Positions 1 to 16,693 of a stretch of DNA of 55,754 nucleotides are shown piece by piece (within the stretch, counting starts at the first letter, position 1; each line of letters opens with the position of its first letter). A model generated the notes under the pieces. That model saw only the letters and a program-made list of their open reading frames with translations. It was not told the DNA's origin and did not search any database. The position numbers and the translations under genes are program-made. This DNA comes from Macrostomum lignano (taxonomy: Eukaryota), in the NCBI GenBank assembly GCA_002269645.1, contig NIVC01004197.1:1-55754 (forward strand). Reading direction: 5' to 3'.

Positions 1-156
1 GCCTAGCGCCTGACAAAGTTATGGACACACGCCGATCTATGCGGCGTCCGATGTGGAACGACTGAAACTGCAGGACGCATATGGCTACGCCACCTACAGG
101 GGTAGGCGGAGTCACGCAGAGTTCAAGCCACCGCTATCAACTTCCTGCCACCGTCG

Positions 157-5671
<5,515 letters not shown>

Positions 5672-7156
5672 GCTCTGTAGACGGGTTCGAGTTTTACAAG
5701 CTCGAAACATGAGCTCCAACATGAAAGGGGTGTGCAACAGTGGGTCTGGGATAGGATGTTTGAAGGGCGTTTCCAGTCAGCAGTTGCAGTCGTTTTGATC
5801 CCAAGCTTAAATTAAAATCCCCTATCGGGCTTGCGAAAGTGGCATGATATTTGTTTTAGTTATTAAATACGGGTTGCTAAATTTCAAACTCGTGAAACAA
5901 ACACTGGACTCGAGCTGGCATTCGTAGAAAAAAGATTGTTCATGTTGATTTCATGGACTGTACTGGCAGGTACATGTGCTAGTAGGTGACTTTCAGGGTC
6001 AACAGCTAGTAGTGCGCTTTGAAATGGATTGACAAAATCTGGAGATTTTTAGTCCTGTAAAACTTAATTGCAGCCCTATAGAAGCTGGAAAAGATCATAA
6101 CACTCAGACGAGAATATTGTTTGTCTGTCGTAATATTTTAGTAACATTTCTTATTTTATTTGCTATAGCTACTCAAGTTCAATTTGAACAGAAGTCTCTT
6201 GTATGTTTCTTTGAGTAGAAAATAGAGCTATAGAATATAACTTCTTTGAATGAAGGACTTCAGTGAAGTTCAGTAACAGTAAGAGTTCATTGAGGCCTTT
6301 ATCATCATGTTTTACCAATTGATATTGTTCCTATGAGACTGCAGCTGCTGGTAATTCATCCGGTTTAAGTCCGCCTCGCTAAATACCCACATTATCTGGT
6401 TATTTCTGAAGGCGCCGTAATCACACAAAACACAAGAACTCGTCCTTACTTATTTAAACAAAATACGGCATCGAGTTACAACAAATAATTTAAACAGTAA
6501 ACTAATTTCAAAACAAATACATGTATTATCCATTTGTTTATAAGCTTAATGATCACAGTGTACTCGTAATGTTATACTTGCATAAATACTACTATACTAA
6601 CATTTTAACTAGCTATAGCATGTATGGTTGGACCAAGAGCTGCTTCAAGCGAATATTTATGTCTAAAAATTCGAAACTATGATTTTTATTAAATTCTGCT
6701 TTCGCATGGATCAAAAATAGATTTGTTTAAAAGAACCAAAAAAATTTTCTCTTTTCAAGTGCTGATTTGGATACCATTTTGTTGCTAGCTACCTACTTGT
6801 AGTAGTTCGTCTCAGTTAAACACGAGTTTTGTTTTAATAAAGTATAACTAAACAAATTTAAATAGCTACTGTTTCACACCATCGTTCAAAAAGCTTCAAT
6901 CTAGTGCCTTCTGAGTTTTAAATGTGACATTATAAGCCGAAATGAGCTTAGGAAGTTAATAATGATGTGTTCTTTAAAAATATTATATAGGTAAAATCAA
7001 ACAACCCGTTCTCGTACACACATCGCGGAATTCCTGCTACAAACTGCTTTAATTATATATTATACAAAGTATAGGGACGCAAAGATTATGGTAGGCGTCT
7101 TGCGCGCACGCGCTCGCAGAAGAGACGAGAAAGACAGTTTTTGACAGATTGTGGGG

Positions 7157-9990
7157 TCAGGCTTGTAGGTCAGACTCTAGCGTGGCGGTCAGCGTGGTGG
7201 TCCGGCCTTGGCCCCGTCGGAGACGCTCGGTTGGCTGATGCAGCAGGGTGAGCGCCAGCGGGTTTTGCTCCCCTCTGCCATAGCTGAGGAAGCAGTGGCC
7301 GACGAGCATTAGCCGGCGCCGCTGGAGGGTGGCACTGAGCTGAGGCACGCGGGCTCTCGCCATCAGCAGGTCCGTCGGCAGCCGCTCGGGGTAATGGATG
7401 CCAAGGGCGAACCGCAGCAGCGATCGGTAGGCAGCGTCCAGGGCTCGAGACCTCGAGTCGGTCATTGGCACTGCCTCCAGTCCGTACAGGAAGATTGGCT
7501 CTACGGCAGCGCGGAACAGGCGCATCTTCAGGTCGTCGTTGGCAGCTGAGCTGAAGACCTCCCTGAGGAGATGAGCCGCACGCCAGGCCTGTGACCTCCG
7601 GTCAGCGATGATGGAGTCAGGGCTCATCACGAGGGAGCACAGGTACCGGAAGTCTCTGCAGACTGAAATATGACTTGCCCATCTGGTAGGGTCAGGATTG
7701 GTGCTGCATCGGTGCCCACGTGCAGCACCTTCGTCTTGCGTGCGTTGATTTGGAGTCGGACTCGGGCGCTCTCCTCATAGAGTCTCGAGAGCGCTCTCTG
7801 GGCGGCAGTCGGACTGCGGCACAGCAGGGCGATGTCGTCGGCGTACGCGAGGGCGGGCAAAGGGGCAGCACCGCGGCAGCTCCGTCGTGACGCCAGCAGG
7901 TAACTGTCCTCTGTGAGGCTTCGGCGCAGCACGTAGTCGACGACAAGGATGAAGAGCAGAGGGGCCAACGTGTCACCATGGAGGACTCCGGAGCTGGTGC
8001 AGAAGTCCTCAGTTGGACCATCGCTGGTTTAGACAAAGGCTTTGCTGTTGTTGTAGAGGTCCATCACTGCAGAGATAAGAGCCGGGGGGGACACGCCATA
8101 GTGCTCGAGCAGCCACGCGATCGCGCGCCGGCACACTGAGTAAAAAGCTTTGCGGAAGTCCACAAAGACAATTGACGCAGCTCTTTGGTGAGTTTTACAG
8201 GCCTCGACGACTGCTCGAAGGGCTGCAATCTGCTCTGTTGTCGAGCGGCCGGGCCTGAAGCCACTTTGGAGGCTCAGGATCATTTGTTTGAGGCCAGACA
8301 GCAGCCGATTACGCAGTATAGCATTGAACAGCTTAGCCAGAGTGCATTCCAGAGCGACGTCGCGTTGGTTGTCCGGACTGGTGGATGCGCCCTTCTTGGG
8401 GATGGAGACGATCTTAAAGGTGCGCCAGTTGTCAGCAGCAGTAGCATCTGGGTTGCCTCCAAGCGGACAGTGCTTGTTGAGCACAGTCGTGATGTCCTGT
8501 GTCAGCTCCGGCAGCTTGAGCACCCTGGGTGGAATGCCATCTACTCCGGCGGCAGCGTCGGGGCGCATGGTCTTGAGCACTCGGTTCACCAAGTAGGCAG
8601 TCAGCGGGCCGGAGTTGAAAGTCGAGGGCTCAGCCGGGGTAAAGTTTTCGATCGGCAGCAAAGCAGCAGAGAGCGGTGGAGCGTTGAGCTCATTGTGGTA
8701 GTGAGTGACCAGCAGGGCTTTGCGATTGTGTATGGACTCAGCACCTACAGCGGCATTGGCCCTCTGCTTCCTGCCAGTCAGGCGGTTGATGGCGCGCCAG
8801 GCCGCTGTGTGCCGGCAGTTGTCTGTCGCTAGTTGAATTTCAGCAACAGCCTCCTGGACAAAGGCTTCGGTCCTCCGGGCATGCGTGTCGCGTAGTTGGG
8901 CCCGGGCTGTTTCAGCCTGCTCACTGTCTTGGCCAAAGACTGCGGTTGTTCTTTGCACGTCGCGCCTAGCGATGGAGATCTCCTCGTCGGAGTCCCAGGC
9001 GGCTTTTGGCTGGTGCGGTGTTCGTTTTGGTAGGATCGAGGCAGCTTTCTCAACAGCTCTGGTGAAGGCGTCCGACGATTCATTCAGGGCCGGAGTAGCA
9101 TTTTGCAGTTTTTCAATGAACGCACTGTGCGTGTCTGGGTTTCTCAGATCTGCTCAGAGGGGGTGCGGTGGGCCAGCCTTGAACTTTTTCCATCGGCAGT
9201 CGATGTCGCAGGCCAGCAGAGAATGGTCGGACCTCACGCATCTGGGGCGGATTTGACCACTTTGCGCAGTCGAGAACTGATGGCCGAAGGGCACAAAATC
9301 CAGTCCAGCCTGGTGGTCCGTCCATTTGGGCCGAAGAAGGTGGGTAGCTTGTTGTACTGCTGCCGCATGACACCATTGGCTGCAATCAGGTCTTGAGAGT
9401 GAATGAAAGTTGACAGGAAGTCCGAGTTGGTGTTGGTGGAGCCGCAGTTTTTCTTCACCAGGCGGCCATCAGGGGACAGTGGCGCGTTGAAGTCTCCAGC
9501 CACAAAAAGCAGGTCGCGACCAGGGACCGAGTCGATGAGCGATCCCAGGTGGTCATACATTGACTCAGTCTCGGTAGGGTCAGTAGCTGTGCGTGGGGCT
9601 GTGGGGGCGTAGACGCAGATTACATGAAGGCGCCTGTCCTTCTTGGCAAAAGAGGTAATGTCAAGGCGGTCGGTTGGGAAGCTGGCATTCAGAAGGGCCC
9701 TTGAGGCACTAGGTGACAGCAGAAACCCGATGCCTCCAGAGCCCTGGGCTGAGGCTGGGGCGGCTCGGAACTGCCAGCCAAGGCCTGGATCAGCGCACTC
9801 TTCGGTGCTCCTGCGGTGTTCTTGGACAGCCAGAATGGAGATGTTCATGCTCTTTGCCAGCTTGGTTAGCTCGTGCAGTCTCCAGGGCGCAGTGAGCGTT
9901 CGTGCGTTGAAGGTAGCAAGTCTTGTGCAGTTATCAAGCTGGTTTTGACTTTCTTTGGTTGTCTCAATTGTTCTGCTAGCTGGTGCAGTT
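7157..9990 (-). mobile_element. Non-LTR retrotransposon (APE endonuclease + RT), RTE-like clade, 5'-truncated and disabled
   Basis: EN motifs ATFNARTL, LAVQEH, CVYAPT, AGDFNA, RLDWIL; RT motifs QSGFRPGRST, FVDFRKAF, GVLHGDTLAPLLF, YADD; RTE-type C-terminus (FLYG.E...RRL..VGH). In-frame TAA at about 8029 and frameshifts near 7630 and 9230. Confidence 0.9.
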
Positions 9991-10699
9991 CTTTAATTAA
10001 GTCTATTTAAATTACGATTTTGAAAAAAATTAGAAAAGCTGGAGTTCTAAAATTCAACTTAATTAGCCATACCCATACGGCAATTCTACGCAGATGATAA
10101 ATAAGAGTACATGCAAGTCAGAGTTGGTACAAGGACTACACTACATAAATACGTTACTTTAGTCGTCCTTGAGTTGGTATAGACTCCTGGTTCTATTCTG
10201 TGATTCTGTGGTCGCAGTCATTTGGTCTTGTGCGTGCACGAAAATTGGTGAGCGCGATTCACACCCGTACCGGTACGCATGTACCGGTGTTATGCCAACC
10301 ATTATCCTAGGCAGAAAAGTATTCGGCTGAATAACTTTAGATGCGTTATTTTATCTGGGCCCAGATTGAATACGGCACGACATAAGTCGTGCCAAGCGCA
10401 CTCCTAGGCTGATTTCTCTCTGGGGTTTACGAGATTAAAAACCTGTGAATAATCAGTTTAAGCTGTGATCGGATATCACCTACGTCTACATGAACACTGT
10501 CAAAGTTTTTAAAGCCGCGCATTCTCGTCTGCAAGTCTGTTGACAAGATTTTAAAGTCCTCTGACTTTCAGTACACCGAAATCTATGCAGTATACGTACA
10601 ATTGTACATGTTGTTACGCAATACGTTGCCTATAAATAACTGAAAGTTTAAATATCAACTACACTGGACTTCGTGCACTTGGCTTACTAATACATAAAC

Positions 10700-11993
10700 A
10701 TGTCTGTTGCGTATTCCGACATAAAACTCTATTTGCTTAGTGGCGCATACGACGTCCCTGTGTCTTTAACAACAACTAAGGAGAAGAATAATTTCAAAAG
10801 CAAGGTTCGGCAAAAGGCGCGCAACTTCAAGTACGAGGGCCAGCAGCTGTTCTATCAGCTCTCAGCTCGGGATGATAATCAGAAGAAGCGCCATCGGTCA
10901 AGGGAGCGTCGCCTGGAGGTTGAAGAACAAGAAGAACGGAGTCGATTAATTCAAGAGTATCACACCTCTGCGACTGGAGGAGCTCATCAGGGGATAAAGT
11001 CCACCCTATCGAAGCTGCAGGGACGATTTCATTGGGACGGCATGACGAAATCTGTGCAAGATTACGTTCAGAAGTGCGCCGTCTGCCAGCGCAACAACAA
11101 GAGGGCCGTGGCGAACGAACCCCAGTTGACGCCAATTTTGATTCCTTCGATGGCCGAACGAGTATTCGGTTTTGTCTGCGTTGACTACGTCAGGTTCGAG
11201 CCATCTTCGAAAGGTGATTGTTTAATCGATTAATAGCTTTTGTGGCTACGTGTATCAAATCTAAGTAGCATACTCTCATTCATTTTAATTCATTTTTATT
11301 GACAAGAGACGAACCTCTGCTTATCACCCCCAGGTTAGTAAAGTTAATATTTTTTTGCCTTCCATGCTCTCAGTAATAAGTCTTAATTCGAATAAGTTCA
11401 TATTCGATATTAAAGAACTGACAATGCTCTTTCAGACCAACGGTCAGTGCGAGCGCCTCAAACAGAGCTTAGTCGCAGCTCTGCGCAAAATGTGCGACCA
11501 GGACTCTGACTCTGCGGCATGGGATGATTATGTCGATGGCGCAGTTCTGGCGTACAACAGTCGCGTGCACTCGACAACTGGCGTCTCGCCTTACAAGGCC
11601 GTGTTCGGCAACGAACCACGACTTCCCCATGACAGCATCGGACCAGCAGACGCTGCCATGGTCGGTGACGTCACGATTCGTCATGTAGAGAGAAAGTCCG
11701 AAGCACGTGGGCGGACCATTGAGTTGATGCGTCGACGCATCCGTCGGGCGCAGCAAGCTATGCAGCAGTACCATCAGCAGCGTCTGGCGTCTGCCAGCAG
11801 CCTCAGCTTCAAAGTCGGAGACAAGGTGCTGCTGCGGAACTTCGACCGTGACGATCGGAAAGGCGGCAAATTGAAGACACCATGGTGCGCCAAGGTTTAC
11901 ACGGTCGAACGTGTCCTAAGCAACAACCTGTACCGACTCGAGGGGAGATCTACAGCGATCAATGGCCGCCACCTGAAAAAATACCACGAATAG
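10700..11993 (+). mobile_element. Ginger/GIN-type stand-alone Gypsy-like integrase with spliceosomal introns; exons 10700-11213, 11307-11333, 11436-11993; central exon(s) missing
   Basis: Own Met start with GIN1-like N-terminus (K..F.Y...QLFY), HHCC zinc finger (YH...GAHQG...W.....DYVQKC..CQ), first catalytic Asp (VCVDY), TSAYHPQ|TNGQCER and GPY/F-like tail (VGDKVLLRN...GGKL..PW). No RT/RNase H upstream. Confidence 0.8.
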
Positions 11994-13285
11994 GTGATTT
12001 ACAGAATTTGAATTTCTAATATTTGAAAGTAGCTTTAGGCTCCTAAATAAAATAATCGTTGCACAAGATCAAAATGCTTGATATGAACGAAAAACTAAAA
12101 AGTTTCTAACTTGACTCAGTAGAAACTTTGAGCTTTAAAGCAATGTACACTTAATGGAAGATCTAGAAAGTAGGACTTAAACGATAAGAAAGTTTGATAA
12201 TTCAACATATGCTCGTAATTTCTTTGCGCATATTTGAAAATGTGCAGGATTTGTGCAGGACTGTCTAAATTAGCAATTTACGGATAAATTATTTTTCATA
12301 ATTCATAACCTTTCATATTTCATAGCCTTACAATACGAGCGTATTATAAAGTTTTATAATTTACATAATTTATTTAGTTTTGGATTGCTCTTGTCTTTTT
12401 TGTAGCAATATGCACTTTACAGTAATAATTTATTGTCTACTTGCAAAGTTGTCGGAATATTTTAAGACGAATAAAATAAGGCATACGATAGTTTCTGCTC
12501 AGGGAGTGAGAGAATTCAAGATGGCCGAATGAGTTTGGATAAATGAAAAGTATTTGGCCAAATACGTTTGTCGTCTTATTTCATTCAGCCGAATAAAACA
12601 ACGCAGAATTTTTTTAAGACGTGACACCTGTCGGTATAGGAGTGCAAAAGCGATTATCTCACCGAAAGCGTTACAGCGTTTTTGATATTTATTTTTCCAC
12701 ATCTTGTGCATTAATTGGACTGTAGGAATTTCTTATGATATTTGTCGATATGATTGCTTAAATGCAGACAGTATTTTATCTCGTAATCACAACGCTCCAA
12801 CGCTATAATTTCATTGTCAATCAATGAGCCTTCAGGCCTGCCTGTCAATTTAAGTAGTTAGCAGACAAAAAATTGAAGGAAACCCAAGCCCAGCCCCTGA
12901 AGGCGCCCCATGGTTGGGTGTTGACGCCGAAAAATTGCAGATATTCTAGCTCTGAAGGGTTTAAGCATCTTCCGCATTTTTCGTTAAAGAGCTGTGCTAG
13001 CTACCTTTTAAGAGTGGCACTAGAGTCATTTTCCTCACAGCGATACTTTTCTCAACCATGCAAGCCAATCTTGAATGCGAGACGTGTGAAGTCAACCAGC
13101 CAGCCTCGCCAACACCACCTAGGAGCAGAAATATAACCAGAATCTTAAGTGGAACGGTAGCAGGTGTCAGCGACACACGGCCAATAAGAAATTCTCTGGT
13201 GTGAGAGAAGTTTGTGATAAATACGAGTATTAGGCTCAGAGAGGCGCAAGCCCCAACAATTTATTTCATATCACGACAATCCAAA

Positions 13286-14254
13286 ATGATAGCTCTACTA
13301 CTGCTCGCATCGCTTCTGAGCAGCCCTTGCTCAGCCTCTGGCCAGACGCAGCAGTGCACCGGCGGTCTCCGTCGCTACCAAAACTACAGCCTGCAGCCGG
13401 ACTGCAGCGACTCCAACAGCACAGCTGATGAAGCAGGCGACTCTGTCACGGTGGCCACCTCAAGCCCACTCACCTGTGCACTCATTACCAGCCAGAATGC
13501 CACAGCTGCTCCAGCTGCACTCGTCATGATGAGCTCTCCGACCCAGAACTCCATCAGCGAGTGCCGCATCGTCTCTGCTTCGTGCCAGCGCTTCAAGCTG
13601 ATCAACAAGTCGGAATCAGCTCGGCGACCGACTCCCCTGCTTGTTCTGGTGAGGTCAGCTGACTCGAAGGCGTTCCTTGTGTTCTCAATCAAGGCCGGCA
13701 GCGGAGTGAAGTCGTGGCAGCTGTTCACAGGCGGCCTCGCGGCGTCCAGCAGCGAGCGGCTGCTGCTGCAGTCGATGGATTCCCCTCTGCTGCCGGACAG
13801 GTTCAGGTCCGGCCTGCTGGACAGGATGCCGAGTCTGCTGCGAGCCCTGGCCTTCAAGCAGCTCATTGTGTGCGTGTACAGGCCTGGCGGGGAGGTGGCG
13901 GTGAAGCTGGTGTTCGACGTGTCCGGTCTGGGCGACTCCATCGACAGGGAGAACTGGTTCCACTGGCGCCACCTCGTCTACAGCTGGCCCGTGCCCGACC
14001 TGAGCAGCCGGTCGTTTGACTACTTCAGCATTAAAGGTCATGACGTTTATGAGCGGAGATTTTTCTTGAGTTACCGCTTCCAACCCTGTGAAACAGAGAC
14101 CGGATTTCTGCTCGTATTCGACAGAAGTTCCGAAGGATGCCCTTGGCTTTACTCGATCAGACCGGAGCCCCGGATTGTCTACAATCCGTCAGACAGCGGC
14201 TTGTGGAACGAAGGTGCTACGGATGCCGAATACTTAGCCATCTGGGCTAGATGA
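13286..14254 (+). CDS. Secreted protein, single exon; Cys-containing (PAN/apple-like?) N-terminal part plus uncharacterised invertebrate C-terminal domain
   Basis: Signal peptide MIALLLLASLLSSPCSA; open 322-codon frame with coding-like GC3; C-terminal motif pattern FD....NWF...L..S..DL....YFSI.G..RRFF......C....G.L.V.D....C.W, recalled from uncharacterised marine-invertebrate proteins. Confidence 0.7.
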   Translation: MIALLLLASLLSSPCSASGQTQQCTGGLRRYQNYSLQPDCSDSNSTADEAGDSVTVATSSPLTCALITSQNATAAPAALVMMSSPTQNSISECRIVSASCQRFKLINKSESARRPTPLLVLVRSADSKAFLVFSIKAGSGVKSWQLFTGGLAASSSERLLLQSMDSPLLPDRFRSGLLDRMPSLLRALAFKQLIVCVYRPGGEVAVKLVFDVSGLGDSIDRENWFHWRHLVYSWPVPDLSSRSFDYFSIKGHDVYERRFFLSYRFQPCETETGFLLVFDRSSEGCPWLYSIRPEPRIVYNPSDSGLWNEGATDAEYLAIWAR

Positions 14255-15752
14255 AAACTTATAAATCAACCGAGGCTGCTTGCGTTTTTTGTGGTGGAGC
14301 TATGCAGGGACTTCTAAATTGAACCGAATAGTCTTACTGAACATTTTACACACTATACTATAACTTAATCTACGAAAAGTTAACGTAGCAAGCAAAGACG
14401 CAAACTTTTCAATAATATGTCCTTTTTATAAATAGTCTATGGACGTCGATGACAAGATATGTACTTTAACATTGCACCGACGTGATCAGCCGATGTATGA
14501 CGTCGTTATCCGTTGATGTAATGTACAAAGCACATGCATTTTTGTCCTCGACGTCAGACTGCTGTACGTGTTTGAGTAAACAGGCTGCAGAAAGGAAGAC
14601 AATATTCTATAAAGTGTTAGGTTAGCCTGTGTGACGTATTAATGTGGCAGCCTCGAGAATAATCAGCGAAGGCAAATGAATACGGCAGAGCGAGAGGCAA
14701 TTTTGTAGCGGTAGAACTTAATTGGCAATAATATCAGTTAATGCGATCAATGGCCGCAGACTTGGTTTTTTGGAACAGTTGTTATTGTCAACAGAGACAG
14801 GTCAAAATACAAGTTGGATTCGTAACGATGCACTGGCGGCTACACAACAATGAATAGATAGCTTAGGTAGTAGAAGTGGCGTGACTGAGAGTGGCAGAGG
14901 CGTGGCCTAGGGCCGTGGCGTAGTGAGGCAGGAAGAGAAGGCAACCAAACAATTAAGAGTGCCGGGCGGCAAGGGTCTACCGGCGGGGACGCAAAGCCAG
15001 GCTCCAAGATAATCCCGAGCGCACGGCAAGACAGAACTGATAAGGAGCGGGCTGGGGGTGGGTGCGCGAGGAGAACTTAGTAAAATTAATGCGCGGCTTT
15101 TCCATTGGCCGGCTGGGAAAAACAGAAAACAGAAATTATCGATCGCGCGCTGTACGCAGGCTTTACAAATGTACGCAGCTGATTAAAATTCTTTGGGCAC
15201 TATTTTTTAAGCAGACGTGAGAGAACGAAACTAATAATATTGTAGATTGGTACCGTATGTCAAAACGGCTCTTGGCGGGGCTACTTAAACTGACAACGTC
15301 ACACCTGGATCGATACCCAATTCAACAGATAAACGATCGTGAAGTGTTGCTAATTGTTTTTGTACTGAATGTAATTGCAATATAGACGTTTTTCTTAGAG
15401 CCTGTGCAAACACACTTCACTCCGATAATTAGGCCTACAATGAAAACGGAACGAGATCAAGCTAGCTAGATACGGCGCGGGAATTATAATTGCGATCTTT
15501 ATCGACTAGATGAATTATACGCAGCAAAGTGATAGTGCATGCATTGGCCTGCTTGAAAAATTTGGGATAAATAGAGAAATTTTTATAAAAGAAAAGAAAA
15601 TACATCACCCCCCTTTCCATGTATGCTCCGCAGCGTTCAGCACATGGAGTTTTGCCTTCAGATATACATGTACATCCCGGATATTGCATGCAGTTTTACA
15701 TTTACATGCACCCGAACACTGCATTTTTATAATTCCATGTTCATGTACAATT

Positions 15753-16242
15753 TAGGGGTCGGCAAACTTTTTTACAGTAATCACCGAGTAATCTATAGCT
15801 GCAGACCAGAGTTAAGAGAGAGAAGATCAGGCTATGGAGAAAAAGAGAAGAGGGATAGCAAGGGAGCAAGGAGAGGCAAGGGAGTAAAGAACTGAGGAGA
15901 GACAAAATTCGAAGATGAGAGACAAGATGATCGATGAAAGAAGAGGAGAGGAGAGGAGAGAGGGATCGAGGAGCTGAGATGGGGGGATCGAGAAGAGATA
16001 CGAGAGGATCGGGGATCGATGAAAAGAAGAGGAGTATAGAAGGGAGAGAAGATCAGAGAGAAAGAGGAGAGAGAAGATAGAGAGAAAAGCTGCAAAGACA
16101 CAAGCCTTCAGCTGGCCGCATTGCAATTGTGAAGTAATGAAGTTTCAAAACGACTCAATACAGTATATATATAGGGCCGCGCGTGTAAATTAGATGCTAA
16201 GCGGGCCACCCGTGGCCCGCCGGCAGGATTTTGCCAACACTG
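15753..16242. mobile_element. Degenerate hAT (Charlie-like) MITE with AG-rich core
   Basis: Left end TAGGGGTCGGCAAAC, right end TTTTGCCAACACTG, subterminal palindrome GCGGGCCACCCGTGGCCCGC; TSD not preserved. Confidence 0.5.
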
Positions 16243-16693
16243 GTTACATAGTAACTTGAATTCGATGCACATGTAACTGCAGTACATGTACAATTACTTG
16301 CATGACTTATAGCTGCAGGGGGTCCAGGCATCCGGATGCAGCGAGGAGGCGTTGCTGTCCAGTTCGCTAATCCTAGGCGACATACCTTAGTGAAATTATT
16401 TGTTAAGTTTTTTAGTTTAACCTAGCAACTGCTATATTTTATAATTTCTGTTTAAGATTATGTACCTTTGTTTTTACTGTTTCCTATTGCGCAAATTTAA
16501 AACGGTATTCTGTTTGTTCAAAATCGTGCAGCAGTCATCATGCAGGCTTTATAATTCCTGCATGCTATCTAGGATATAGGATATCTCCTGCTTTTACAGT
16601 CGCAGAACAAATCTAGTAGATTCTTCTACTACAATACAATAGTTTAACACTAAGTTGATCTATTCTGAAGAATACTCATTTTAAGAATATGCC

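Noticed and set aside
14935-15010. GGGGACGCAAAGCC resembling the c-di-GMP-I riboswitch core (GGGACGCAAAG also at about 7075)
   Set aside because: No properly spaced GGCAAACC/P2 stem, eukaryotic context; a short chance match.
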